A stretch of DNA of 64,000 nucleotides, taken from NCBI GenBank assembly GCA_033551855.1, contig JAWSUI010000015.1:13337-77336 (forward strand), read 5' to 3'. How positions within the stretch are numbered: position 1 is the stretch's first letter; every line of letters begins with the position of its first letter. Shown one piece after another: positions 39,649 to 50,438 of this stretch. The DNA comes from Deferrisomatales bacterium (GTDB taxonomy: Bacteria > Desulfobacterota > Deferrisomatia > Deferrisomatales > JACRMM01). The notes beneath the pieces were generated by a model. It worked only from the letters and a program-made list of their open reading frames with translations. It had not been told where the DNA came from and searched no databases. Made by a program: the position numbers and the translations under genes.

Positions 39649-39948
39649 CTACGGCACCGCCTGGAGCCGTGTCCCCTCCGACGCCAGGACCTCGTCGACC
39701 TCTCTCTCGGCCTCCAGCCAGTCCTGTTCCGGGCTGCCCCCGCGAAATCCCCGCCGCTCGGCCCTGAGGTAGGCCGCCCGGCGAACCATCTCCAACCGGT
39801 CCACGGCGTGCTCCCCTCCGGTGGCGGCCGCCAGCGCCTCGCCGCTGCCGGCCCCGGGCTCGGTCGTCACCCGCGCCCGGCGCGTCCGAGGGGTCTTTGC
39901 CGGAGTCTGGACCGGGTCCTTCTTTCCCTTCGTCCTGGCCTGGGCCAT
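39649..39948 (-). CDS. DUF2934 domain protein
   Basis: AAYLRAERRGF.GG...QDWLEAEREV. Confidence 0.8.
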   Translation of the reverse strand: MAQARTKGKKDPVQTPAKTPRTRRARVTTEPGAGSGEALAAATGGEHAVDRLEMVRRAAYLRAERRGFRGGSPEQDWLEAEREVDEVLASEGTRLQAVP

Positions 39949-40340
39949 GTGCGTCGTCTCCCCTAAAAGGGTGAATTGGTCGGCGGACGAGAGCCGAAGC
40001 GGGTTTGCGCGGAGCTCTCCTTCCCGGCCTCTTGCCCGGGGTCGGCCTCCCGTCCGACCGTCACTATACCCGAGTTTCCACGACCCGCCGAGCCCCACCG
40101 GGACGGAATTGGACGACCGGCCACTCCAATTATCCGAAGGGATCATGCCATCCTCGAAGGACGCCCCCTAGCACCTCCGCCGGCCGGGCGTTGTCCATCC
40201 GGACATGCGGATAAATCCGGTAACCGAAAGGTTCAAACCCGAGGGGACCGCTTGACGCGCCCCCTCCCTGAAGAAAGGCTGTTTGCGAGGGACCCGTTCG
40301 CAAAGAGGCGTCCGGTTTCCCCTCGTACAGAGGAGGGGCC

Positions 40341-41054
40341 ATGCCCGCGGAACAATACGTCTGCCTGGTCTGCGGCTACAACATGGTGGGGGCCCGCCCC
40401 CCGCAGTGCCCGTTCTGCGGGGCCGCCTCGGACCGCTTCATCTCCGGCGAGGAGTGCTCCGCCCGATACCGGGTGGTGGAGACCCCGGTGGCCGACGGCG
40501 TCTTCCAGCTTCGCTCGACTCCGGAGCTGGGGTTGGAACACGCAGCCTACAGGGTGGAGACGGGCTCCCGCACCTGGTGGATCGACTGCCCTTCGAGCTT
40601 CGACCGACGCCTGCCTCGCGCCGACGTGATCACCTTCACCCACCACCACTTCCTCGGCGCTTCGAATCGGTACCGGGAGCTCTTCGCGTGCGAGGTCTGG
40701 ATCCATCAACTCGACTCCGGCCACGACTTGTGCCGAGGGTTCCCCTTCGACCGCCGGTTCGCCCCCGACTTCGTCGAGGACGGGGTCGAGGCCATCCACC
40801 GCAACGGCCACACCCCGGGCTTCACCTTCTACGCCTTCGAGGGCGTGCTCTTCGCGTGCGACTACGTCTTCCTCGAGGAGGGGCGGATGAAGCTCAACCC
40901 CTTCGGCCCCGCCGACGCGACGCTTCAAGGAGCCCGCCGTCTGCTCGCGGCGCTGCGCGGCCGGAAGCTCCACACGGTTTGCAGCTACCGTTCCGTGACC
41001 CCCTTCGAGCCGTGGAGCCGCCAACTGGAGGCGCTGTTGGAAGAGAAGCCCTGA
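40341..41054 (+). CDS. Rubredoxin-like domain fused to an MBL-fold protein
   Basis: CLVCGY...CPFCGA, then FTHHHF and GHTPG. GAGGAG RBS. Confidence 0.78.
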   Translation: MPAEQYVCLVCGYNMVGARPPQCPFCGAASDRFISGEECSARYRVVETPVADGVFQLRSTPELGLEHAAYRVETGSRTWWIDCPSSFDRRLPRADVITFTHHHFLGASNRYRELFACEVWIHQLDSGHDLCRGFPFDRRFAPDFVEDGVEAIHRNGHTPGFTFYAFEGVLFACDYVFLEEGRMKLNPFGPADATLQGARRLLAALRGRKLHTVCSYRSVTPFEPWSRQLEALLEEKP

Positions 41055-41086
41055 CCGAATCGGGGCGCGGCCGCCCCGGCAGGCGC

Positions 41087-41602
41087 TCACGCGAGTGACT
41101 CGATCAGTGTGCGGCAGAAAGCGGGCAGGTCGTCGGGCGTGCGGGAAGTGATCAGGTTTCCATCCCGCACGACCTCCCGATCCAGCCACTCGGCCCCGGC
41201 GTGCACGAGGTCGTCCTTGATGGAGAAGAAGCCCGTCACCTTGCGGCCCTTCACGATCTCGGCCGACGCGAGCATCCAGCCGGCGTGGCAGATGGCCGCT
41301 ACCACCTTGCCCTCGTCGTGCATCTCCCGAACGAAGTCGACCATGGCAGGCACGCGGCGCATGTGGTCCGGGGCGTAGCCGCCTGGGATGACCAGGGCAT
41401 CGAAGTGCTCGGCCCTGGCGTCGCCCACGGCGATGTCGGCCCTGGCCGGCGCTCCGTGCTTGCTCGCGTAGGAGTCGGCACGTGGGGCGACCACGGTCAC
41501 CTCGGCTCCTTCCTCCCGGAGGCGCCGGTAAGGGTACCAGAACTCCTGGTCCTCATAGAGATTCTCCAGGAAGAGGGCAATCTTCCTTCCTTTGAGCCGC
41601 AT
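41087..41602 (-). CDS. PfpI/DJ-1 family protein
   Basis: YEDQE..YP, IPGG.APD, ICHAGW, TSRTPDDL. Confidence 0.92.
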   Translation of the reverse strand: MRLKGRKIALFLENLYEDQEFWYPYRRLREEGAEVTVVAPRADSYASKHGAPARADIAVGDARAEHFDALVIPGGYAPDHMRRVPAMVDFVREMHDEGKVVAAICHAGWMLASAEIVKGRKVTGFFSIKDDLVHAGAEWLDREVVRDGNLITSRTPDDLPAFCRTLIESLA

Positions 41603-41802
41603 GTTCGATCCTCCTTCCCGGGAGCCGGGCCGGGCGGGCACAGGTCTCTGCCCTGCCCGCCCGGAACCACGGTCCTCATCGACGTGTCACTGCCGGCCAG
41701 CCGTCCGCTCCTCCCCCCCGGAGGATCCCCCGGGTCGGGAGGTCCGGAGGGGGCGGGCGGGAGCCCTCGACCGGGTCCCCACCGAGACCGGCGCCGCGAG
41801 GG

Positions 41803-41920
41803 CGACCCCCGGGCGTCGGTCGTGGACCTGGAGATGACCCGGGTGGTGGACGGGACCCTCTTCCGGTGCTGAGCCGATACGACAACGAGTGGGGTTGTGC
41901 CAGCCAGGTGGTGCGGGCAG
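41803..41920 (+). pseudogene. GAPDH C-terminal fragment
   Basis: DPRASVVDLEMTRVVDGT, then after a frameshift VLSRYDNEWGCASQVVR (YDNEWG motif). Confidence 0.7.
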
Positions 41921-42152
41921 CCGTGCGGGTGCCGGGGGAGCGGTTCGGACCCCTCTGACCCCGTCCTGCCTGGTCCCCGACCCGGAGGCAAACCGCTCTC
42001 CCGCTTTACCCTCGGACCTTCGGCCTTCCCGGACCCCGGCCTCAGCGTCAAACAGAACAGCCCGGCCGATTTGGTCGACCTCCTCCCCGCGGCCGGGCCG
42101 TACCGTCTCCCGGAGGCTTCTCCGCAGCCTGCGGACGGCACCCGCCCATCTC

Positions 42153-42443
42153 CTAGCGCTTGAAGCGGGCTGAGGCGGAACGCACCGCTTCGCCCAGTTT
42201 CTCCATGGCCCCTTCGACGCCTGCCTTGAAGTCCTCCCAGGCGCCCTTCCCGGCTGTTTGAAGCTCCTTCAGGCGGGCCTCCGCCTCCTTCTGCTTCTTG
42301 CGAAGGTCTTCGATCTTCTCCTTATAGGCGATCTGTGCATCCGCCTCGGCCTGGTCTGCCTTGGCCTTCAACTCATCGATCTGTGCGCTCCATTCGTCCA
42401 TCTTCGCCTTGAGCTTCTGAACATAGGCATCTTTCTTCTCCAT
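42153..42443 (-). CDS. Small coiled-coil stress protein (sll1863-like)
   Basis: KDAYVQKLKAKMDEWSAQIDELKAKA...AWEDFKAGVE. Confidence 0.8.
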   Translation of the reverse strand: MEKKDAYVQKLKAKMDEWSAQIDELKAKADQAEADAQIAYKEKIEDLRKKQKEAEARLKELQTAGKGAWEDFKAGVEGAMEKLGEAVRSASARFKR

Positions 42444-42685
42444 GGGATACCCCTTTCTCACGATGTCGGGGCTACGGAATACCGCAGCTCCCCTGGGACG
42501 CTACCGGCATCACTCTTGGAAAGCTGGCACTTTGAGCCACAGGCCATACAGACAACGGCCGGCATAGATCCAACATCCGCATTGTATGGCCTGAAAAACG
42601 GAAGGCAAGGAACCGAGCGGATAATAAGGATATCCGAGAGTCCACACCGTGCCCAATGCGGCGACCGGCTGTCCGGGGGGCAGCC

Positions 42686-42865
42686 TCACACCTCTTCCCT
42701 CGTGACCCTTCCCGCGCTCTCCCGCACGGCCTGCACGTCTCTCTCGGTAAAGACGGTCTCGAATCCGCAACCGGGGCACTCCATCACCCGGCCCGGCAGG
42801 ATGTCGGCCAGCGGCCACGCGAACTTGGCCTTGCAGCGGGGACACTCGATGTCGATGTGGACCAT
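42686..42865 (-). CDS. Small CxxC...CxxC zinc-ribbon protein
   Basis: MVHIDIECPRC...MECPGC; GGAGG RBS. Confidence 0.6.
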   Translation of the reverse strand: MVHIDIECPRCKAKFAWPLADILPGRVMECPGCGFETVFTERDVQAVRESAGRVTREEV

Positions 42866-43065
42866 GGGTCGTCCCTCCGGGAAGTGCCGGGAAGAGAGTC
42901 CCTCTCTCCCCGGGGAGTGGGGCACCGCTCTCCTCCTCCCCCGTCACCCGGTCCCCCGGCGGTGCTGCACACCCGTCCGACGAGCGGCGTGGGCGAGGCG
43001 CCCGCCGAGCTCCTCGAGGCCGGGGCGGGAAACGGGGAGCGGCCGGAAACGGTCGGCCCTCGCGG

Positions 43066-43620
43066 TCAGGCGGTTCGCGGCGGTACCACGAGGCCCAACC
43101 CCAGGGCCCGGATCGCGGCCTCGGTGCGGTTGCTCACCCCGAGCTTCTCGTTCACCTGCATGAGGTCGTGCTTGACGGTCTGCTCCGAGACGAAGAGGCG
43201 CTCGGCCAACTCAGCGTTGGTGCAGCCCTCGCAAAGCCCCTGGAGAAGCTCCCGCTCGCGTTGGGAGATCCGGCCGAGCATGCGCGTGCGGTCACCCTGG
43301 AGCTTGCGGTCCACCAGGTGGGGAGACTGGACGGCCTCGCCCGGCTCACTCTGTGCTGTCTTCCCGGTAGATCGATCGGGTGAGCACCTTGCTCCCCGGA
43401 GCCCGGTCGTCAACGAGCCGGGTCGCATCCACGCCGTCCAGGTCCGGCATGGCCAGATCCATCAGGACGACATCGGGGCGGTGCTCCATGGACAAGAGCA
43501 CCGCCTCCCTCCCCCTGTGGCACACCCGACGATCTCTATTTCCGGGTCAGAGGCCAGCACCCGTTCGAAGCACTGGCGGATCAAGCGCGGATCGTCTGCC
43601 ACGAGCACCCGAACGGGCAT
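43066..43620 (-). pseudogene. NarL/FixJ-family response regulator, frameshifted and internally deleted
   Basis: [23 protein letters not shown] in a second frame; ISQRERELL..L.EG.TNAELAERLFVSEQTVK (LuxR HTH). Confidence 0.82.
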
Positions 43621-43955
43621 GCGCAGGCCTCCTCTCCGAGACACGAGATTCCCCGGCAAGGTAGCCCATTCCGCAGCTTCGTCAACCGGCTTCGAGGGCG
43701 GCGGCGAGACTTCTGGGAGCGACAGCGCGGTGATTCCTGCCGGAAGATCCGACCCGGTCCTTGCTCCAGCACCACTCACTACCTGCCTCCGGTGCACCGG
43801 ACCCCGCCGCCCGGTCCAGCACCTGACCGAGCAACTCCTCCCGCTCCCACAATGGGGAGGTCCGGAGCATCCGGGCCTCTTTACCGGGAGAGCTCCTTCA
43901 GGATCCTGCCGAGCTTCGACTGGTGCAGGCGGCTACTTGGAAGCGGTGGGGGTCC

Positions 43956-44308
43956 TCAGTTCCTGATTCGCCGCAGGGCCTCGAACGAGCGGAGGAAGAT
44001 GTCGGTTCCGATGCCCCAGGCACCGTTGATCAGGAAGGCGGCCACCCAGCACCCCCCTCCGCACGGAAAGCGGCGGTCCAGCACGGCGTACGCGCACCCC
44101 CACACGCCGCCCCAGAAGGCGAGCGAGATCACCGCCGGCACCCCAAGGGCCGGGTCGCAGCCATGAAAAAGGGCCCGAAGGGCGCGATCCCCGCACCCCA
44201 GAGCGACGCCAGGGTGAGCTGGTGGAAGACCAGCGTGGCCAGGAACCCCGCGAGGAATCCGAAGAGCCACCGGGAAGGCGACGCAACAGGGATGGCCGAT
44301 CTCGGCAT
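43956..44308 (-). pseudogene. Hypothetical membrane protein, frameshifted
   Basis: GFLAGFLATLVFHQ in one frame; GVPAVISLAFWGGVWG continues in another. Confidence 0.55.
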
Positions 44309-44408
44309 GGGAACCCTCCTCGAAAGATGCCTCCGGAGGCGCTTTCCCCCCTCGGCACGGCCGGGGACCGGCGCACCGGAGAGCCCGGTGCCTCGGCCCC
44401 GAGCGGGG

Positions 44409-45590
44409 TCAGGCCTCCAGGACGCGCTTGACCTCCAGCAGGCGGGCCAGACCGGCCTTGGTGAGGATACCCACCAGCCGGTCGCCCTCCATCACGAGGA
44501 GCCGCCCGGTGCCCTGCGCCGCCATCTTCCGGAGCGCCTCCGCGAGCGAGACCTCCGGCGCCACCCGGTCCCCGTCCCCGATCTCCACCATGAGCTGGCC
44601 GGCGGTGGTGCGTTCGCGCTCCGACTTGTCGAGGTGCTTCACGTTCCGCAGCGCCACGATGCCGGCCACGCGCTCCCCGTCCAGGACGGGAAAGCCCTTG
44701 TACCCGAAGTGGAGAAAGTAGCGGTCGACGAGCTCCGCCACCGTGACGTCGGGGCTCACGGTCACGACGTCCTCCACCATCACGTCCCCCACCCGCACTC
44801 CCTCCAGGGACCGGCGCATCACCGTCTGCTGATACTCGCCCTCGGCGACGGTCCGCAGGAACATCCCGATGAGGATGAACCACAGCCCGCCGACCAGGGC
44901 CCCGCCGAAGATCTGGAGCGCGCCGATCGCCATCAGGGCGTATGCGAATCCCTTGCCCACGTCCGACGCCCACCGGGTGGCCATGGTCAGGGAGCCTGTC
45001 TTCCACCACAGCGCCGAGCGCAGGATCCGGCCGCCGTCCAGAGGGAAGCCGGGGACCAGGTTGAAAACCCCCAACGCGAGGTTGATCCACGCGAGGTACC
45101 GGAGCACGGCCGCCGTCAGGGAAGGCTCGCCCTTCCACAGGGCCGTGATGCCCCAGAACAGCAGGGCCAGGGCGAAGCTGCACAGGGGCCCCACGACCGC
45201 CACCTTCATCTCGGTCTTCGGGTCCCTGGCATTCTCGGCGATCTGAGAGACCCCCCCGAACACGAACAAGGTGATCCCGGTCACGGGGATCCCGGCCCCT
45301 TGAGCCACGAAGGAGTGAGCCAGCTCGTGGGCCAGGACCGACGCGAAGAAGAGCACCGTGGCCACGAGTCCGGCCAGCCAGTAGGAGCCGGGGCTCTGGT
45401 CCGGGTAGATGCGCGGCAGGTAACCGGCCGAGAGGCTCCAGAGGATGAGCACGAAGATGATCATCCACGAGGAGTGGACACGGATACGGATTCCCCGGAT
45501 GGCGAAGAGCTCGATTCCCGACTGCAGGCCTCCGGCCGGAAAGCGCTGCATCGGGGAACCGGAGCGGGAATCGCGCAGCGGCTGGCTCAT
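44409..45590 (-). CDS. Site-2 (M50) metalloprotease with CBS pair (Rip3-like)
   Basis: HELAH, FVFGGV, FNLVPGFPLDGGRILR, two CBS domains. Confidence 0.92.
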   Translation of the reverse strand: MSQPLRDSRSGSPMQRFPAGGLQSGIELFAIRGIRIRVHSSWMIIFVLILWSLSAGYLPRIYPDQSPGSYWLAGLVATVLFFASVLAHELAHSFVAQGAGIPVTGITLFVFGGVSQIAENARDPKTEMKVAVVGPLCSFALALLFWGITALWKGEPSLTAAVLRYLAWINLALGVFNLVPGFPLDGGRILRSALWWKTGSLTMATRWASDVGKGFAYALMAIGALQIFGGALVGGLWFILIGMFLRTVAEGEYQQTVMRRSLEGVRVGDVMVEDVVTVSPDVTVAELVDRYFLHFGYKGFPVLDGERVAGIVALRNVKHLDKSERERTTAGQLMVEIGDGDRVAPEVSLAEALRKMAAQGTGRLLVMEGDRLVGILTKAGLARLLEVKRVLEA

Positions 45591-45849
45591 GGGAATGGAC
45601 GGGCCTCCCCTGTTCTCGTGTGGTCGTTTCGCCGCCAAGAAGCCAGCCCCACGCAAGACGTCCCGAACGGGCTCGCGTGCTCCACGACGATCTCTTCCGC
45701 CACCGGCCCGTCAGAGTACCGGAGACTCTGGGGAACCGACAGCGGAACGCGGTCGATTTACCCGCCCTGCCACCCAAATTATCCGACCGTTCCGCCCGGC
45801 GGTGATCCGGCGGCCGCCCGCGGGGGGTCCGAGTCGGAGTGGGGGATGA

Positions 45850-45965
45850 CGATCGTCGATCACCACCCGCCGTCCCCGGCAATCGACCCGGGTCGATGTG
45901 TGGCGGCGATGCCGGCAGGTCGAGGGCTCGATGTGGCCCCGGATACCGAGAAAGCTGAGCTTCAT
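45850..45965 (-). pseudogene. MBL-fold hydrolase N-terminal fragment
   Basis: MKLSFLGIRGHIE....RHRRHTS..V..RGRRVVID, then the frame degenerates. Confidence 0.55.
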
Positions 45966-46099
45966 CGCGCCTCGGACCTCGGGGGTCGCACCCCGTCCGC
46001 CGCCCCGGTCCCACCCCGCTCCGGAACGGGAGTGTGCGTCTTCCCTTCTCCGCCCGATCTTCCCCGGAAACTCAGACGCTTCCCGGAATCGACCCCGGC

Positions 46100-46385
46100 G
46101 GACCGGGAGGTCGTCGCCGGGGAGATGGATTGCGAGCACCAGGGACGACCCCGGATGGCGGGCGAAGACCACGGGAAGCTTCGGGTGTACGGGACCGCCG
46201 AGGACGGCCGGCTTCTCGGGGCCGAGACGGCCGCCCCGGGCGGGGAGCACCTCGCGCACCTCCCGGCGTGGGCCATCGGCCAGGGCGAGACGGTCTGGAC
46301 GCTCCTGCGCAGGCCCTTCGATCTCCCGGTCTTCGGGGAGGGGCTTCGCCGCGCCCTGCAGGACGCGGTGGCCAAGCTCGAGGGG
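46100..46385 (+). pseudogene. Dihydrolipoyl dehydrogenase C-terminal (interface) fragment
   Basis: G.LRVY....GRLLGAE..AP.GEHLAHL.AWA...PFDLPVFGEGLR.AL (HPxxxE motif degenerate). Confidence 0.65.
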
Positions 46386-46461
46386 CCGACCGGCACCGAG
46401 CTGCTCCTGTGCGAGGCGGCCCCCCCGGAAGAGCCTGTGCCGAGGCCTGGAGGGGAGGGGG

Positions 46462-48885
46462 TCAGGGGCTCGACTCCTGCCCCAGGTCCCACTCCCGGGT
46501 CTTCCCGGCCTCGATCTCGCAGACCTTCCCCTTCACCCCGACCTGGATGCACCGCTCGGTACAGCGAAGGGCGGCGACCTTGAGCTTCCCGCCGTCGATC
46601 TCGAGGCCCAGGCTGTGACCCCGATAGCGGAGATCCATCCGCAGGCTCTCCAACTCTTCGGGCAGCAGGGGGTTGAGCCAGAGCACGTCGCCTCGGGTCT
46701 CCAGCCCGGTGTAGCACCGCCGGATCAGGTCCACCGTCCCCGCCATGGCGCCCAGGTGGATTCCCTCCGGCGTCGTCCCCCCCTGGATGTCCGCCACGTC
46801 GCTGTGCAGGGCCTCGTGAAAGAGCTTCCAGGACCTCTTCCGGTCGGACCGGGCCAGGACCCAGGAGTGCACGACCCGGCTCAGGGAGGAACCGTGGGAG
46901 GTCCGAGCCATGTAGTAGGCGATGTTCTTGGGAATGGTCTCCCGGCTGAAGGAATACCCCAAGGCCTCGAAGAGCTCCTTCAGCTGCTCTGCGGAGAACA
47001 GGTAGAACAGCATCAACACGTCCGCCTGTTTCGAGGCCCGGTACCGGTTCGGGGTGTCGCCCTCCGCCTCCAGGATCCGATCGAGGCGTTCGATGTTCCC
47101 GTGTTCTTCCCGATAGCCTTCCCAGTCGAGCTCCTCCAGGTTCTCGTACCCCTCGAACTGGCTGATGATGCCGTCCCCGTGGAACGGCACGAACATCCGG
47201 CTCGCGATGTCCTCCCACCGCCTGAGCTCCTTGGGGGCCAGGCCCAAGACCTGCCTGAGCTCCTCGCTCCGGCTCTCCGGAAGGACGTCGAGCGCCTGCG
47301 CGGCAGCCCTCAGGACCCAGACCGCGAAGACGTTGGTGTACGCGCTGTTGTTCAGGCCAGGCTCGTCCGCCTCGGGGTAGCCGTCGTGGTACTCGTCGGG
47401 CCCCATGACCCCGCGGATCTCGTAGCGCTCCCGGTCGGGGTTGTAGGTGGCCAGGCTCGCCCAGAACCGGGCAATCTCGAGCATCATCTCCGCCCCGTAG
47501 GCATAGAGGAACTCCATGTCCCGGGTCGCCTGGTAGTACTGCCACACGTTGTAGGCGATGGCCGCGTTCACGTGCCTCTGGAGCCGGCTGTTGTCGGGAA
47601 TCCAGCGGCCGGACTTGGGGTTGAGGTGCAGGCGCTGGCTCTCCTCCCGTCCGTCGCTCCCGCTCTGCCAGGGGTACATGGCGCCGCGGTAGCCCGCCTC
47701 CCGTGCCGACGCCCGGGCCTCGTCGAGGCGGCGGAACCGGTACATCAGGAGCGACCGGGTGATCTCGGGCAGCCGCAGGTTGAAGAAGGGAAAGATGAAG
47801 AGCTCGTCCCAGAAGATGTGGCCCCGGTAGGCCTCCCCGTGCCAGCCCCGGGACGGGACCCCCACGTCGAGGTCCATGCTGTGGGGGGAGACGCTCTGCA
47901 GCAGGTGGAAGATGTGCAGGCGCAGGATGCGGCTGGTCCAGGCACCGTCCGCCCCTTCGCGCAGCGAGAGGCGCAGATCGAAGCGGCTCCACAGGTGCTC
48001 CCAGGCCCCGACGTGATCGTGGAGGAGATCCTCGAAGCTCCCCGCCCGGCCGACCTCGGTGCGAGCCGCCAAGCCGCACTCGGAGATCGCCCGGTCTCGG
48101 GAGTTGAAGAGGGCGACCACCTTCTCCACCGTGACCTCGTCGCCCTGGGACACGGGCACGCGGATGGTGTGGCACGCGTATCCCTCCCGAAGCACTCGGC
48201 CCCGATCGGCCAGTACCAGCTCGCCCCCCCTGCGCACCCGGGTCCGGGCCGCCAACGCGACCTCCCGCAGGGACTGGACGGTCCGTGACTTGAGGAAGAG
48301 GGTCTCCTCGTTCACCTCCTCCGAGGACACCGCTTCCAGGTGGCGGCCGTCGAGCCGGCGGTAGCGCTCCACGCCCTGGTTGGTGACCCGGCCGTCCAGG
48401 GCGCTTCGGAGCTCCACGGTCCCCGACCAGTTCTCGGCGGTCAGGGTGGTCTCCAGTGCCGCCAGGTGGTTATTGCCCATGTGGACCAGCCGCCGTTCCG
48501 AGAGCCGGCTCTCGCGCCCCGCCACGTCCCGGAACCGGATCTCCAGCTTGAGCACCCCGTGCTTCAGGTCCAGCTCCTGGCGGTAGGAGAGCACGTCCTC
48601 CCGCGCCAGCTCGAACCAGCTCCCCCCGTCGACCCGAAAGGTGAGGGCCAGCCAGTTGGGAAGGTTCACCAGGTCCTCGTTCTCCACCACCCGCCCGGAG
48701 ATCTCGGTCTGCAGCCGGTTATAGCCGCAGGCCAGGTAGGTGCCCGGGTAGTGCACCTCCCCCGCGTCCGCCTCCGGAGCCGCCCCCCGGGTGGCGAAGT
48801 ACCCGTTTCCCAGGGTGCAGAGCGCCTCCCTCAGCCTCTCCTGGTCCGGATCGAATCGGTCGTAGACGAGGGTCCAGGGGCTCAT
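46462..48885 (-). CDS. Glycoside hydrolase family 65 (trehalose/maltose phosphorylase-like)
   Basis: EALCTLGNGY, HGEAYRGHIFWDE, GPDEYH, KQADVLML, HGSSLS, EGIHLGAMAG. Confidence 0.93.
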   Translation of the reverse strand: MSPWTLVYDRFDPDQERLREALCTLGNGYFATRGAAPEADAGEVHYPGTYLACGYNRLQTEISGRVVENEDLVNLPNWLALTFRVDGGSWFELAREDVLSYRQELDLKHGVLKLEIRFRDVAGRESRLSERRLVHMGNNHLAALETTLTAENWSGTVELRSALDGRVTNQGVERYRRLDGRHLEAVSSEEVNEETLFLKSRTVQSLREVALAARTRVRRGGELVLADRGRVLREGYACHTIRVPVSQGDEVTVEKVVALFNSRDRAISECGLAARTEVGRAGSFEDLLHDHVGAWEHLWSRFDLRLSLREGADGAWTSRILRLHIFHLLQSVSPHSMDLDVGVPSRGWHGEAYRGHIFWDELFIFPFFNLRLPEITRSLLMYRFRRLDEARASAREAGYRGAMYPWQSGSDGREESQRLHLNPKSGRWIPDNSRLQRHVNAAIAYNVWQYYQATRDMEFLYAYGAEMMLEIARFWASLATYNPDRERYEIRGVMGPDEYHDGYPEADEPGLNNSAYTNVFAVWVLRAAAQALDVLPESRSEELRQVLGLAPKELRRWEDIASRMFVPFHGDGIISQFEGYENLEELDWEGYREEHGNIERLDRILEAEGDTPNRYRASKQADVLMLFYLFSAEQLKELFEALGYSFSRETIPKNIAYYMARTSHGSSLSRVVHSWVLARSDRKRSWKLFHEALHSDVADIQGGTTPEGIHLGAMAGTVDLIRRCYTGLETRGDVLWLNPLLPEELESLRMDLRYRGHSLGLEIDGGKLKVAALRCTERCIQVGVKGKVCEIEAGKTREWDLGQESSP

Positions 48886-50438
48886 CGGGCTTCCCTCTCC
48901 CGGTGCGAGGCGAGCTCCTCCAAGAACCGGCGGACCTCCCCGGGATCCTCCAGGCCGTAGCGGGCCCACGTGGACCGCGGCCCGTCCCGCACCACGATAC
49001 CCACGCCCCGCCCTCGGAGGGCCCGAAAGGCGTCCTCGTCGGTGACGTCGTCGCCGAGATAGAGGGGGACCACCCCGGGGCGGTCGAGGCCGAGGCGCTC
49101 GAGCAGCCAGCCGACGGCCCGGCCCTTGTCCCAGTCCACGTCGGGCCGGAGCTCGAAGATCTTCTTTCCGGTGCCCTTGCGCAGCTTCGGCTGTTCGCCG
49201 AGAACCCTGTCCACCGCCTCCTCCACCTCCGGCTCCCGCCCCGGGTCGGCCCCGCGGAAGTGGACCGCGATCGCGTACTTCTTCCGCTCCACCCGAACCC
49301 CGGCGACGCCCTCGAGCTCGTCCCTCACCCTGCCCTCGGCCTCGTCCAGTGCGGGCAGGAACGGGTCGCCCACCGAGTTTTCCAGCCGGCGGTCGCCGGG
49401 ACCGTGGAGGTCGAAGCCGTGGCTGCCTGCGTAGATCAGATCATCCAGGCCCACCAGCCTCCGGACGTCGGGGAGGTCCCGGCCGCTCACCACCGCGACC
49501 GTGCAGAGCCCGGCCAGACGCCGCACGACCTCTCGGGTCCGATCATCCAGAACCGCCGCAGCGGGGTCCTCCACGATCGGGGTGAGGGTCCCGTCGTAGT
49601 CCAGGAACGCCGCGATCTCGTCCGCCTCCCCGACGATCGCAGCCGCCTGGCCCAGCGCCGACGGCAGGTCACCCATGGGCCCCGGCCGTTCCGGGTCCAC
49701 CCGGACGGAAGCGAAATCGCGGACCACCACGTCCGCTCCGCTCTCCAACAACTCCTCCGCCCCATTCTGCCGGGCCACGCCCACCACGAGCCCGAAGTGT
49801 CCTCTCCGGCCCGCCTCCACGCCGGCTCGGGCGTCCTCCCAGACCACCGCCCGGTTCGGGGCGGCGCCCACCCGCTGCGCGGCCTCGAGGAACAGGTCCG
49901 GCGCCGGTTTGCCCTCGAGCCCCAGCCGCTCTGCCTCCACCCCGTCCACCCGGGCCTCGAACCGGCCGGCCAGGCCGGCCGCCTCCAGCACGGCCCGGCA
50001 GTTCCGGCTCGAGGAGACCACGGCGAGCCGGAACTCCGCGGCCTCGAGGGCGTCGAGGAGGGGTTCGGCGTCCGGGAAGACCGTCACCCCGTCCTTCTTC
50101 AGGCGCTCCAGGAAGAGCTCGTTCTTTCGGTTCCCCAGCCCGCACACGGTCTCGCGGGCCGGGGGGTCATCCGGCTCTCCCCGCGGCAGCGAGATGCCCC
50201 GGGCCTCCAGGAAGCTCTGGACGCCGTCATACCGAGGCTTGCCGTCCACGTACCGGCGGTAGTCCTCCTCTTCGAAGGGGGAAACCTCCCTCCCCTCCCG
50301 TTCGCCCCGCGCCGCAAGGAAGTCGTCGAACATCTCCTTCCAGGCGGCCTCGTGCACCCGCGCGGTCTTGGTCAAGACCCCGTCCAGGTCGAAGATCGCC
50401 GCGTCGTAGTCGCGGCGGCCGAGGGTGAGATCGGGCAT
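48882..50438 (-). CDS. otsB: Beta-phosphoglucomutase-like HAD fused to trehalose-6-phosphate phosphatase
   Basis: FDLDGVLTKT...GKP.PD (HAD), then LDYDGTLTPI, SGR, AGSHG, WDKG, GDD.TDEDAF. Confidence 0.9.
   Translation of the reverse strand: MPDLTLGRRDYDAAIFDLDGVLTKTARVHEAAWKEMFDDFLAARGEREGREVSPFEEEDYRRYVDGKPRYDGVQSFLEARGISLPRGEPDDPPARETVCGLGNRKNELFLERLKKDGVTVFPDAEPLLDALEAAEFRLAVVSSSRNCRAVLEAAGLAGRFEARVDGVEAERLGLEGKPAPDLFLEAAQRVGAAPNRAVVWEDARAGVEAGRRGHFGLVVGVARQNGAEELLESGADVVVRDFASVRVDPERPGPMGDLPSALGQAAAIVGEADEIAAFLDYDGTLTPIVEDPAAAVLDDRTREVVRRLAGLCTVAVVSGRDLPDVRRLVGLDDLIYAGSHGFDLHGPGDRRLENSVGDPFLPALDEAEGRVRDELEGVAGVRVERKKYAIAVHFRGADPGREPEVEEAVDRVLGEQPKLRKGTGKKIFELRPDVDWDKGRAVGWLLERLGLDRPGVVPLYLGDDVTDEDAFRALRGRGVGIVVRDGPRSTWARYGLEDPGEVRRFLEELASHREREAR

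Noticed and set aside
40190..40330. Riboswitch upstream of the rubredoxin-MBL gene
   Set aside because: Some hairpins, but no consensus I can support; better explained as promoter motifs.
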